From: a virus
Strand: one strand, 5' to 3'
DNA: 64,000 bases
Virus record (IMG/VR): IMGVR_UViG_3300011116_000655
Coordinates: 13,870-77,869 of that record
Shown here piece by piece: positions 46,468-56,272 of the stretch. The notes below the pieces were generated by a model. It was not told where the DNA came from. It worked only from the letters and a program-made list of their open reading frames with translations, and did not search any database. A program made the translations under genes and the position numbers. The number at the start of each line of letters is the position of its first letter. The stretch's first letter is position 1.

Positions 46468-46493
46468 GTTATTAAATAGTTTATTAAAAAATA

Positions 46494-46512
46494 AAGGGGC
46501 TGTTAACCCCTT
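46494..46512 (-). terminator. Rho-independent terminator
   Basis: AAGGGG..CCCCTT stem followed by a T-rich tract. Confidence 0.6.
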
Positions 46513-46515
46513 GTA

Positions 46516-46708
46516 TTATCTTTTCTTTGAAGCTTTTTCAATTGCTTCTGATTCATCTTTTAATTGTTTTGCAAGTCTTTCAACAAACCACATTCTAAGA
46601 CCAACTGGTAGATTATAGGCTTCAATAAACGACCATCCACCATGATACTTTAAAATAAAGAATTGTTCATAAACAACCTTTTGGTATTCTTCACTTAGGC
46701 CAAAAAAA
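46516..46708 (-). CDS. Tail assembly chaperone C-terminal extension (probably reached by frameshift)
   Basis: FFGLSEEY...YHGGWSFIEAYNLPVGLRMWFVERL; the protein-like part begins at the T7 run overlapping the upstream ORF end. Confidence 0.6.
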
Positions 46709-47539
46709 GTCCGATGTAAACGGAACCTCCAACCTTGTTTCGTAAGAACAAGCTTTACATTCAAAATCATGAGATAAGTCAACATTTGGACTTATTATTT
46801 TATAAACTTCTCTTATTGCTCTTGAATCTTTTGCTGGAAGAAGAGCAGAAGCTTCTGTTATAACTTGTCTATCTTCTTTACCGTTTATTGATTTAATCAT
46901 AACACTTAGTTGAAGAGTTAAAGAATCTAATTCTTTCTTTAATTGTTGTGCTTCTCTTGTTTTTTGTGCTATGAAGTTTTCATCTCTTCCTGTCATTAAT
47001 TTTAATTCAACTGGAACTTTAAGTATTGGAAGATTAAACATAAACGTACAGTTTTCTGTTCTTACAATGTTAGACTCATTCAATTCTTCATCGGATACTG
47101 GTTCTTTTATGTTAAGAGAATTTAAATCAAACTCATACTCTTGTGATTTACCACATGATGGACAGGTTATTTTTGTTTGATAATCTGAACCATAAGCAGA
47201 CTTTCTTGCTGCCACAATTATTGCATTTTTATCACCAACAAGTAATTGTTCTGATCTTATTGATTTATCAAGAATAATGTCTTGCAATACTTTTTCTAAT
47301 GCAAGACCTTTCTTAAGAAGAGATACGTTTGTCAAAGTATCTTCATCTTTTGCTGTCATGTATCTTATTTCAATTGTTTGTTTACCGTAAAGTGGGTGTC
47401 CTTCTGGATAATACAAACCTTTTGATGGAAGATCTATAATTTCTGTTGGTACTACAAAATTTAATGCAGACGTAACAGGACCGTTATCGTCTTGTGGGCT
47501 TTTTGTATCCAAACCCAATCTTTCTAGGTTATTTCTCAT
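46691..47539 (-). CDS. Tail assembly chaperone / T4 gp26-like baseplate hub assembly protein
   Basis: LPSKG..YP, MTAKDEDTL, GD.NAI...R..AYG, CPSCG, CKAC, ends FFWP. Confidence 0.75.
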   Translation of the reverse strand: MRNNLERLGLDTKSPQDDNGPVTSALNFVVPTEIIDLPSKGLYYPEGHPLYGKQTIEIRYMTAKDEDTLTNVSLLKKGLALEKVLQDIILDKSIRSEQLLVGDKNAIIVAARKSAYGSDYQTKITCPSCGKSQEYEFDLNSLNIKEPVSDEELNESNIVRTENCTFMFNLPILKVPVELKLMTGRDENFIAQKTREAQQLKKELDSLTLQLSVMIKSINGKEDRQVITEASALLPAKDSRAIREVYKIISPNVDLSHDFECKACSYETRLEVPFTSDFFWPK

Positions 47540-47553
47540 TATTCACTCTATTG

Positions 47554-48144
47554 TTATTCTACGCTATACAATTCACACCATTCTGGTATAAATGTTACAC
47601 TTAACTCATTTGATTCATCGGAAGAATAATCGTATGCACCAAATGAAATTTTAGTTATTCTTGGATTTAAAATTTTAAATTTTCTTTCTGATAAAATAGA
47701 TAAATCTTTTATCTCAGTTGTTACTGGCTTTTCAACTGCAATCGATTGATAAGAACTAATTATTATTTCATTGCAGAAAATTGGTAAGTCTAACATACCA
47801 GTTCTATTTACACCATTAACAGTTGAAGAAGCCAAATAATCAGTAAACATTTTTTGCCAATTAGGAATTTGATCTTGTTGTTCTGTTACTGTATCTACAA
47901 ATGTAACATTTATTGGCTCCCAATTAATTTCACCTTGTTGAAAATAGTGAACATAATTTGAAGCCAAACCTCTTTCAAAATTAAGATTCATTGAAGGGGC
48001 ATCAATCTTTTTTACAAATAACTTAATGTTTTGCTCATTTGCAATACCAGACCAACCACCTTTACCAAATTGATTTGTATTAGAAAACTCTGCAATAAAT
48101 AAATGTTTTTTAGATAATTCAATTCCACGTTGGGACCAAAACAT
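47554..48144 (-). CDS. Second tail-tube-fold protein
   Basis: P...WEPINVTFVD...ISFG.YDYSSDE..ELSVTF; paralogous to 48160..48777. Confidence 0.7.
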   Translation of the reverse strand: MFWSQRGIELSKKHLFIAEFSNTNQFGKGGWSGIANEQNIKLFVKKIDAPSMNLNFERGLASNYVHYFQQGEINWEPINVTFVDTVTEQQDQIPNWQKMFTDYLASSTVNGVNRTGMLDLPIFCNEIIISSYQSIAVEKPVTTEIKDLSILSERKFKILNPRITKISFGAYDYSSDESNELSVTFIPEWCELYSVE

Positions 48145-48159
48145 TTATTACTCCAATTA

Positions 48160-48777
48160 TTATGGTATTACAGATGAATCAAAACTGGTTTGGGTTATTT
48201 GTAGATCTGCCCAATCGTATCTGAATGTAAATGAAATCTCATTAATGTCGTCTGATGAATAATCAAGACCACCAAAGTTTACTGATTTTAACCAAGCATT
48301 ATTAAGAGTCCAAGTTTCAAGAGAATTACCATTTGCATCAACTTGAATAATTTGAATTTGATCAAATTGTCTTGTTGCCGTACCTTTTGCCATTGTTCTT
48401 AAAGTAGAACCAGTAGCACCACCAGCAAGTGCAGAACCAGCAGCGGTAGGGGATTGATAACCAGCACGAAGAAGAACGTTATAAATAGAATCTGCTACGT
48501 CAGTTGTTGGACCGTTTGGAGTACGTGCATCATCATCTCCACCACCAGCAGAACCAGCAGGATCTATTACAGTTGCTGTTACTTCTTTCCAAGTTACTCT
48601 ACCTGGATAATAAAACTTATGACCAAAGAAATCATGTATAGATTCTGTTACGTCAAACGATGGTTTATCGCATTTTTTTGCAATAAAACTTGGTAAATCA
48701 TCAGATGCTGCTCCAAATCTAATTAAGAACTTAAACTTTCTTTTTGGTTCTAACGCTGCTTCATTCCAGAATGCCAT
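48160..48777 (-). CDS. Tail tube protein (gp19-like)
   Basis: EPKRKFKF, YPGRVTW, WTLNNAW...FG.LDYSSDD..EI..T.RYDWA; late motif at 48804-48811. Confidence 0.88.
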   Translation of the reverse strand: MAFWNEAALEPKRKFKFLIRFGAASDDLPSFIAKKCDKPSFDVTESIHDFFGHKFYYPGRVTWKEVTATVIDPAGSAGGGDDDARTPNGPTTDVADSIYNVLLRAGYQSPTAAGSALAGGATGSTLRTMAKGTATRQFDQIQIIQVDANGNSLETWTLNNAWLKSVNFGGLDYSSDDINEISFTFRYDWADLQITQTSFDSSVIP

Positions 48778-48813
48778 TTAAATAATCCTCCAACCTTTTT
48801 TAATAAATAGTTA

Positions 48814-51642
48814 TTAATCTATAAATGACGCACCAGAATCAGTTATTGTAAAGTCAATTGCAATGAATTCAATTGCTCTTGCTGGTTTCAAGAAGATTTT
48901 TGCGTACATTATGTTTCTGTCAACTAAGTCTGGTGTAGTTGTTGTCTTATCAAGAATTACACGGTAGTCGCTAAGACCCAATCTTGATTTAACTGTAGCA
49001 AGGAATGGATTTACTTGACCTGTGAATCTTGACCAAGTTACATCTACGTTTTGATCAAACAATAGAGTTGAAGCAATTCTTGAAATTTCTCTCTTAACAA
49101 AGATCATCATTCTACGAACATTAATTCTATCAAGAGCAGATGGTGTAACTTGAAGTGTCTTTTGACCAAAGATTACAATACCTTCTGCTGGAAACTGTGC
49201 GATAGGATTGATGTTGGCTTCGTAAAGAGTATCACGATCCTTAGAAGAAAGTTTCTCAGTAACACCTATTACTGGAATACCACCACGACCTTCAGTTAAA
49301 CCACCTCTAGTAAATCCTGCTGGAGCAAACCAAAGTTCTTGTGTAGCTTGACCATAGGACATAGCACCAAGAGCTACAACAGATGGTGGTACAAATAAAG
49401 CTCTATTACTTACAGTATCAGTAACTTGTACCCAAGGATAGTATGTTGCGCCGTAGCTGCTATTTAATCCTCTGCCTTTAAGAGCATTAGCAACAGCAGT
49501 AGCAGTACCTTGGTATCTACTTTGTCTAGTTGTTGCAGTACCTTCGGCCTCTGGTTTGTATACGTTTGGAAGGTCAATAATTGCAAGGGCATCTGCTCTA
49601 GCTTCGCAAGTAGAGATAAGATGATTTGTAAGACCTGTGTTTGTTAGACCTGGAACTGTGATTATGTCAGTTACTAATGTTTCTGGGTCTGAACAAGTAT
49701 CGATTGCACGCTTGTATGTATTGTATACGTAGCTTGTTGTTTCAGTTGGTGTACCAGTACTTATTAATGAATTTCTTAATGGTTCAGATTCTGTAGCATC
49801 GAAGCCATCAAAACCGTTGAAGAGTGGCATTGTAAATCCATTATAACCTTCATTAAGCACTCCTCTAAATCCACTATTTACGGCTGTCAATGAAGTACCA
49901 GCTAGTCTTGATCCAGATACATAAACAGCACCTATTGTACCTGCAACTGCGCCAGATACATCATCAAGTGTGAATACAAAAGAATCTTCAAGATAAGATT
50001 CACTTGTAAAGCTATAAGTTGAGTATTTGTTTGCTCTTGTTAAATCATAGTAAGCATTTGTAAATTCATTATTTGCTCCACCATCATCTGTTCTAATACC
50101 AAAGTAAACATTTGTTGGATCGCTAAGACCAGCATAAGAAGCAGAAGTTACAAGAGGAAATCTTGGGAACTGAATAGAAGCAGTTACGTTTGCTGCTGTG
50201 AAAGCAAATGTACCAGCAGAATAAGTTGGTCCATAACCACCAGTTACAGGCGCAGCAATTGTTGGATTAGATCCGCTTGTTATTGTGAAATTTTTGTATC
50301 TTGGAGGACCAAAGAAACCAAATGGAAGATAAGTTGGATCAATGTTACCAGCGTCTACATCATCATTCATTTCAACACGGATGTATTTAGAGTTATTAGT
50401 GTAAGTACCATACTCTCTTAATCTTCTATCTGTATCGCTCCATTGAACAAATTTATCACCAATTACTCTTGCAATGTAATTTGGAGAACCTGGATTAAGT
50501 GTTACGTTTGTAAATGCTTCAACTAATTGTGGTCTAATGTCTGTATCTTGTGCTGTTCTTATAAATACAGAGAATGTGCCATAATCATCAAAATCATTTG
50601 TTGGTGCTTTAATGTCACCTATTGAAATCTTGTAATTTTTCTGTTCATACTCACCAGCATCAAGTGTTGCAAATCTGAAAAGTTTTTGTTGATTTGCAGG
50701 ATTAAAAGATGCAGCATTAGTTGTTAAATCTTGACCAATTACCCAACCAGTTTTTGCTGCTCTTGCTGAAATTTTGTGGTCACGAACATCTTGTGTTCCG
50801 TTTGTTAATGCAGAAATAAAACCATAACAATTAGCAGATGAAAGTGTGTAAGAAGGATTTTGAGTGCTAAATGTCTCAAGCAAGCTTCTTTCAAATGTTT
50901 CACCAAGCCAGTAGTATTCAAGATTGTCAGCAGTTGTAATGTCTGAATTTGTAAGTATTGGATTTGTATTGAAAACTTTTCTAATGTATTTATCAGAATC
51001 TTTATCAAAATTAAAGTTAGATGTATAAGTTCCACCTGGATATGTTACGATAGCTTGGAATTCTGCTGTAGAACCGCCTACTGTTGAAGCAACTACTAAG
51101 TTTGTTCCTTGATTTAAACTCATTGGTGAACCAGCAGTAAATCCTTTAAGTTGTACTGAACCAGATTGTACATACCAAATAGCAGCAAGAGTACCAGTAA
51201 CGGCTGTACCAGCAGAAGCAGATGGGTATACAAATAAGCCAAATGCGCCACCACCAGAAGAGTTAGCAGTATAAGCATTGTCTGTTGTCCAACCAGCTTT
51301 ACCAGCAGCAACTGCATTTGTGTGTTCGACACCAACTAGACGAATGACGTTAAGGGCTGGTGTGTTTCTAAGCCAAGCTTGTGCGGCATAAGCAGCGTAT
51401 GTTGGTGCTACGTAATTTCCGTCACGCCATACATCTGTACCGTTATTGCCAGGAATTGGGTTACCAAATGTTTGTAAGAATTGAGAAAATGAATTGACAT
51501 AAACAGGACGCATTGCTGGACCTTTCTCAAATCTGCCAATTATTGTTGGTCCAGTTTGTGCTGAATCTGAAGTACGAATTGAATTATCAATTTCCTGTAC
51601 TTGAACACCTGGAGATACAAATCTGTATGATGAAGCTGCCAT
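48814..51642 (-). CDS. Contractile tail sheath protein (gp18-like)
   Basis: SPGVQVQEID, YYPWV, PPS, WFAPAG..RG, INPI..F, GQKTLQ..SALDRINVRR, KPARAIEFI; late motif at 51685-51692. Confidence 0.95.
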   Translation of the reverse strand: MAASSYRFVSPGVQVQEIDNSIRTSDSAQTGPTIIGRFEKGPAMRPVYVNSFSQFLQTFGNPIPGNNGTDVWRDGNYVAPTYAAYAAQAWLRNTPALNVIRLVGVEHTNAVAAGKAGWTTDNAYTANSSGGGAFGLFVYPSASAGTAVTGTLAAIWYVQSGSVQLKGFTAGSPMSLNQGTNLVVASTVGGSTAEFQAIVTYPGGTYTSNFNFDKDSDKYIRKVFNTNPILTNSDITTADNLEYYWLGETFERSLLETFSTQNPSYTLSSANCYGFISALTNGTQDVRDHKISARAAKTGWVIGQDLTTNAASFNPANQQKLFRFATLDAGEYEQKNYKISIGDIKAPTNDFDDYGTFSVFIRTAQDTDIRPQLVEAFTNVTLNPGSPNYIARVIGDKFVQWSDTDRRLREYGTYTNNSKYIRVEMNDDVDAGNIDPTYLPFGFFGPPRYKNFTITSGSNPTIAAPVTGGYGPTYSAGTFAFTAANVTASIQFPRFPLVTSASYAGLSDPTNVYFGIRTDDGGANNEFTNAYYDLTRANKYSTYSFTSESYLEDSFVFTLDDVSGAVAGTIGAVYVSGSRLAGTSLTAVNSGFRGVLNEGYNGFTMPLFNGFDGFDATESEPLRNSLISTGTPTETTSYVYNTYKRAIDTCSDPETLVTDIITVPGLTNTGLTNHLISTCEARADALAIIDLPNVYKPEAEGTATTRQSRYQGTATAVANALKGRGLNSSYGATYYPWVQVTDTVSNRALFVPPSVVALGAMSYGQATQELWFAPAGFTRGGLTEGRGGIPVIGVTEKLSSKDRDTLYEANINPIAQFPAEGIVIFGQKTLQVTPSALDRINVRRMMIFVKREISRIASTLLFDQNVDVTWSRFTGQVNPFLATVKSRLGLSDYRVILDKTTTTPDLVDRNIMYAKIFLKPARAIEFIAIDFTITDSGASFID

Positions 51643-51712
51643 TTATTAGACTCCCTGCTTTTATTAAATGTTATTAATCAATAATAAATAGTCTACTAAA
51701 CAGCAAAAGGCT

Positions 51713-52585
51713 TTAACTTCTATAGTTTGTTTTATTTTTAGATGTATTTAAAAATGTTTGAATGTCACCAAAGATTACTCTCTCTCTTGGTATTTTAACT
51801 TCAACAGCATTTTCTCTTATAATCATTTTAGGAGTTATTTGATTTTTATCATCACCAATTAAATAACCTATAACTTCTAAGTTAATTGTAGCAGAATAAG
51901 TTTTACGTTCTTCGTTTAATTGTGCTGCATTATTATCGAATTGAAAATCTCCTTTAATAAATGCATCGTATTTATGACCATCTTGTTGTAATTGTATGTA
52001 TCTTGTATTTCCGTTTTTAGTAAAAAATGGAGTTGTTAATTCATTTAATTGTTGTTGATAATCGCATTTTAATGTTATTTGATAGCTTACTGTAACGTGA
52101 ACTGGTATAGGAATAGTAATTGTTTCATAAACTATTTTGTTATTTTCTTTATAATTTGTAGAATTTAATGGAAATACTGGGTTTGATTTTGGTGATTTAT
52201 TATACTTTCTATTATCTGCATCTTGAAAATTTGATGTTTTATCTTGTTGAATTCTTCTAGCTATAGTTATAACACCACCCTTTTCATCATTGATCGCTCT
52301 CAAATTTGCTGGTATAGATCCTGTTTTTGTAGGATCTTTGTTTATAGTTTTTCTTTCTATTGTTATAATGGGATAAATAACCATACCAGATGAATCGCGA
52401 ATGTCTTTGTTATTTTTTAGCTGGTAAGCTCTTTCAGCAGAAATCCATGTAACTGGTACTTTTTTCCAACCTTCTGGATAAGTTGCAAACAAATTCATTT
52501 CATAATTTATCCAATTATAAAAAGCAAGATCTATTGTTTCTATTGTAGAAGATTGAAATGTTATTTCTTGTAAGTTTGTATCCAT
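51713..52585 (-). CDS. Tail terminator / gp15-like neck protein
   Basis: IETID.A, VPV....ER, YPIITI.R, IPIPVHVTVSY; located between neck and sheath. Confidence 0.65.
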   Translation of the reverse strand: MDTNLQEITFQSSTIETIDLAFYNWINYEMNLFATYPEGWKKVPVTWISAERAYQLKNNKDIRDSSGMVIYPIITIERKTINKDPTKTGSIPANLRAINDEKGGVITIARRIQQDKTSNFQDADNRKYNKSPKSNPVFPLNSTNYKENNKIVYETITIPIPVHVTVSYQITLKCDYQQQLNELTTPFFTKNGNTRYIQLQQDGHKYDAFIKGDFQFDNNAAQLNEERKTYSATINLEVIGYLIGDDKNQITPKMIIRENAVEVKIPRERVIFGDIQTFLNTSKNKTNYRS

Positions 52586-52591
52586 TAATTG

Positions 52592-53881
52592 TTAACCTGC
52601 ATAAATAAGAACTGGAATCTTTTGACCTAGCTTCTGCATATCGTCAGACATTTTACCATCAATTTCAGCAAGTTTATGATAAGTAACTTGATCAAGAATT
52701 TTGTTAAGTTCTTCTTTAAGTTCTTTTCTTTCTTCTTTGCCTTCGCTCATTAATGCAGGACCATTTAAAGTTACTGATTCCCCAGGTATTGGAATTGTAC
52801 TAAACTTGGATCTTACATGCCCTAGCATTTCTTTACAAATCGCAAGAGCATAACGACGTATCCATTGTTTACCCATTGAGTTAATACTATTATAAGGTAT
52901 GTTTGCAAATGGAAGTGTGTTAATGTTGTTTACGCCATTAACAGTATCCTCAGCAGAGCCAGATGTTACTTCCCAAGGATTAGATTGATTTGTAATACTA
53001 AACTCTACCCAATAATGATCTATACCTATGTCTGGTGGTTGTGGAAAAAATCTTATTTTATTATTTTTAATCTCATAAGAAAAATGAGAATTACGTGTAT
53101 AAATTGCTGTCTCGTATGCCATAGCTTGAAGCTTATTATGCCATGTTGGAATTACTTCAAATGTGCTATCATCTGCATACTGTCCATAAGAAGATAAATT
53201 ACCAATAGCATTTAACCCACCATAATAACCAAAGAATCTCCACATTGAATTTGGAGTTTTATAAAAGACTCTTCTTATTATAACTCTTTTGTTTCCTACA
53301 GAACCAGAGAAAGGAACTGGGCTTCCACTAGCTGCATCATAATTATTTAACGAAGCAGATTCAATTATTGCTTGTAAATCATAATCTTGTACTTCTGCTG
53401 TTATTGGTATAGATGCAGAATAAATTGGTTCTGTTCCGCCTATACCAGTTTCAGTAGCAAAAGCATCACCATATCTTGTATAGTAATGTAAATTATACTT
53501 TGGATAAGCTAATTCTGGATTTTGTCCAACAAGAGCAGAACCAGCTTTAAATTCACCATCTTGGTTAAAAGAACCAGTTGATGCACCTAACATTGTTGGA
53601 AGAGCGTTGATTGATTGGTGAAGATTAACTAAGTAAGAGTATTCTAATACTGCTTCTTCATAAGCTGCATAAACATTTCCTGTTGTTAATTCAATGTCTA
53701 ATATGTCGCCACCAAGTCTTTTATAAACAAACGCTACTTGATCAGCAGCACCAGAAAGAAAATCACCATTAGAAGAATAAATTCCTAGAGGTAGTGCTAC
53801 TGCAACATCTGCTGGATTGCCAGAAGATGGTAGTACAACTGCACTTAATGTGGATGCTGGAGTTAAAACAGGAACTGCCAT
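52592..53881 (-). CDS. Neck/head-tail adaptor protein (gp13-like)
   Basis: LGG..LDIEL, WIRRYALA..KEMLG.VRSKF..IPIPG..VTLNG; late motif at 53905-53912. Confidence 0.8.
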   Translation of the reverse strand: MAVPVLTPASTLSAVVLPSSGNPADVAVALPLGIYSSNGDFLSGAADQVAFVYKRLGGDILDIELTTGNVYAAYEEAVLEYSYLVNLHQSINALPTMLGASTGSFNQDGEFKAGSALVGQNPELAYPKYNLHYYTRYGDAFATETGIGGTEPIYSASIPITAEVQDYDLQAIIESASLNNYDAASGSPVPFSGSVGNKRVIIRRVFYKTPNSMWRFFGYYGGLNAIGNLSSYGQYADDSTFEVIPTWHNKLQAMAYETAIYTRNSHFSYEIKNNKIRFFPQPPDIGIDHYWVEFSITNQSNPWEVTSGSAEDTVNGVNNINTLPFANIPYNSINSMGKQWIRRYALAICKEMLGHVRSKFSTIPIPGESVTLNGPALMSEGKEERKELKEELNKILDQVTYHKLAEIDGKMSDDMQKLGQKIPVLIYAG

Positions 53882-53921
53882 TCAATAAATACTCCTCGAT
53901 ACTTTAAATAGTTATAAATAA

Positions 53922-53949
53922 AAGAAACCCCCCATAAAGGAGGGTTCTT
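53922..53949 (-). terminator. Rho-independent terminator
   Basis: GAACCCTCC/GGGGGGTTTC stem followed by TTTT. Confidence 0.6.
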
Positions 53950-53964
53950 ATGTTTTGAAACTAA

Positions 53965-54381
53965 CTATACTCTAGAATAAATAAATGCCCAGTTAGTTGT
54001 ACCAGATTTAACTGCTACAGCACCTGTGCTAGCTGATAAAATAAGACCAGTAGCAGCAGCTACACCGTTTAAAGTTTCGGAACCAGTACTATAAACTTTA
54101 ATGTTAGCTGCACCAACGTTAGATAAAATATAAACTTCACCAGAAGTTGCAGTAGTTGGTAATTTTACACCAGAGTTAGCGGCACCAGAAACATTCGTTA
54201 CATGGTTTGAAACAGCTACTGCATCATTAACTGTTGTACCAGCAGCATCAAGATTGGCAGAAGCTACATCTGATAAAATTAAACCAGAACCAACAGTTGT
54301 ATCACCAGATGTTGCAACACTAGACATTGTTTGAGCAGCAAGTTCTTTTCTCATTCTTGCTACGCTAAATTTAGAACCCAT
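53965..54381 (-). CDS. Small virion protein (possible capsid decoration)
   Basis: Directly after the MCP with its own late motif (54414-54421); C-terminal VKLP...G....ETLNG...W domain like the fibre genes at 61-64 kb. Confidence 0.6.
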   Translation of the reverse strand: MGSKFSVARMRKELAAQTMSSVATSGDTTVGSGLILSDVASANLDAAGTTVNDAVAVSNHVTNVSGAANSGVKLPTTATSGEVYILSNVGAANIKVYSTGSETLNGVAAATGLILSASTGAVAVKSGTTNWAFIYSRV

Positions 54382-54431
54382 TTAAATACCCTCCTTGGAA
54401 TTAACCAACACAATAAATAGTTTTATAAAAC

Positions 54432-54470
54432 AAGAAAACCCCCAAACTTTTCAGAATGGGGGGTTTTCTT
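54432..54470 (-). terminator. Strong terminator after the major capsid gene
   Basis: AAGAAAACCCCC/GGGGGTTTTCTT 12-bp inverted repeat. Confidence 0.8.
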
Positions 54471-54490
54471 TTCCTAATTAGGCTGCTTTA

Positions 54491-56254
54491 TCAAGCTCCG
54501 CTTTCACCAAGGAGGCCACGAATGATTACCAAGCCGTAAAGGTCTGGTTTAACCATTTTCTTAGCGTAACGGGTCATTACGCCTTTGCGTGGAACAAAGT
54601 CCTCAGTACCAAAGATGGTAGGAGTGACTTGTAGTGGTACGTATGGTGCGTAAACGTAACCAGATTCAAGGAAGCTGGAACCCTTACGACCAACGAGGAT
54701 TACGTTACGGAGGAAGTATGGATCAACGTATACATCAAACTTCTTGGAGATTGAACCAACGTTAACTGCGCCAATTTCACCTTTCTCGTCTTCGTGAGTT
54801 ACTTTAGCTCTGAAGCCAGATGTGAACTCAAGAATGTTTGCGGTTTCTGGACCACATACGATGAAGTTAGCACCGCCACGGAGGGTCTTTCTGTGGATTT
54901 GGGCTGAAACGTCATTGATTGTTTCAATGAGGGTTTCGTACCATGCACTTACAGTACCTGTGAAGTCTGGAGCTTTAGCTGATGCACCAATCTCAACACC
55001 TGTGGTTCTGTTGACGAAAAGACCTGGGGATCTTGACCAGTAGAATGTACCAGCGGTAGCACCTTTGATAAGATCTTCAAGAATTTCTCTGTCAATTTCA
55101 AGACCAATTTGTTCAGAAAGAATTGAGGTAAGCTCAACTTCTGCATCAAGATTGTGGTAAGCATTAAGGTCTTGACCAAGTTCTGGTGTCCATTTTGCTT
55201 TGAGTTTCTTGGTTACAGCGGTGATGCTGATTGAATCGACTTTGATATCGATTTCTGGGATATTTGCATTACCTTCAAGACCCCAAGTTGATGTACCAGC
55301 AATAGCACCAAGAGCGTTGGTTGAACCAGCAGCTACTGATGTACCAAATGGATCAATAATTGGGAAACTAAGTACTGGTGAAGTTCCAGCAGCAGTTACG
55401 TCTGTTGAAACGTTAGCAGCAGTTTTACCAGCAGCACCAGCAAATACAAAGTATACTGCATCTGCTGAGGTTGTGTGGGAACCGACTACTGTTCCGTCAC
55501 CAAGTCTTGTAAGTCTTCTGACAAGAGTTGAGTTGTTAGAACCAGTTAAGTTTGGTGTTGAACCACTTAAAGAAACAGCAACAAAATCTTTTTTGTTAAA
55601 GTTTGTAAGGGAAGCCAAACTTGCTGATACTAGTACTAATGCAGTACCTGTTCCAGATGCACCAGAAAGGAAGTCAGCGTCATAACGTACCCATGAATCA
55701 AGTGTTCCGTCACCAAAGACACCAGAAGCAAGAGCGACGAATGTTGGGCTTGTGTATGAACCTGTTGGTGAACTGTAACCATTATTCATGTTGTAAAAAG
55801 CTTTCTCAGCATTTAAACCAGTTAAGCTTACACCGCCTGTGATTTGTTGACCAAGAACACCACCACCGTAGAGTGAATCATTTGTTCCGTAGCCAAGTCT
55901 TGGGGCACCAGCAGTATCTGAAACCTTGAAATCAAGGAAGAAGATAAGACCAGATGGAAGGCTCATTGGTTGTACGGAGACTAAATCATTGGCGATAAGA
56001 CCAGCAAATACTCTGCGAACGATTGGGAATGCAACTGCTGCGAAACCTTCTACGTCACCAGATGCCATTGTGTTAGACTCACGAAGAAGCTCTTTAGCTT
56101 GATTTTCGAGAAGTCTTGCCATTGTGTGTTTGGTTCTCTCGTTAGAAAGACCTTCAAGAAGACCTGTTTTTTCCCATTTACCTAAGAGGGCTGAGCCTTC
56201 TGCTTGAAGATCTCTTTGTACCATACCCTCTGTCAATTTTTCAATAATAGACAT
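54491..56254 (-). CDS. Major capsid protein (T4 gp23-like)
   Basis: KW...LLEG, LLENQ, P.VRR, VQPM..PSGLIF, KLKAKWTPELGQDL.A.H.LDAE.EL..ILS.QI..EIDREI, YAPYVPL, TRY. Confidence 0.96.
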   Translation of the reverse strand: MSIIEKLTEGMVQRDLQAEGSALLGKWEKTGLLEGLSNERTKHTMARLLENQAKELLRESNTMASGDVEGFAAVAFPIVRRVFAGLIANDLVSVQPMSLPSGLIFFLDFKVSDTAGAPRLGYGTNDSLYGGGVLGQQITGGVSLTGLNAEKAFYNMNNGYSSPTGSYTSPTFVALASGVFGDGTLDSWVRYDADFLSGASGTGTALVLVSASLASLTNFNKKDFVAVSLSGSTPNLTGSNNSTLVRRLTRLGDGTVVGSHTTSADAVYFVFAGAAGKTAANVSTDVTAAGTSPVLSFPIIDPFGTSVAAGSTNALGAIAGTSTWGLEGNANIPEIDIKVDSISITAVTKKLKAKWTPELGQDLNAYHNLDAEVELTSILSEQIGLEIDREILEDLIKGATAGTFYWSRSPGLFVNRTTGVEIGASAKAPDFTGTVSAWYETLIETINDVSAQIHRKTLRGGANFIVCGPETANILEFTSGFRAKVTHEDEKGEIGAVNVGSISKKFDVYVDPYFLRNVILVGRKGSSFLESGYVYAPYVPLQVTPTIFGTEDFVPRKGVMTRYAKKMVKPDLYGLVIIRGLLGESGA

Positions 56255-56272
56255 AGTATAACTCCTTAAATG

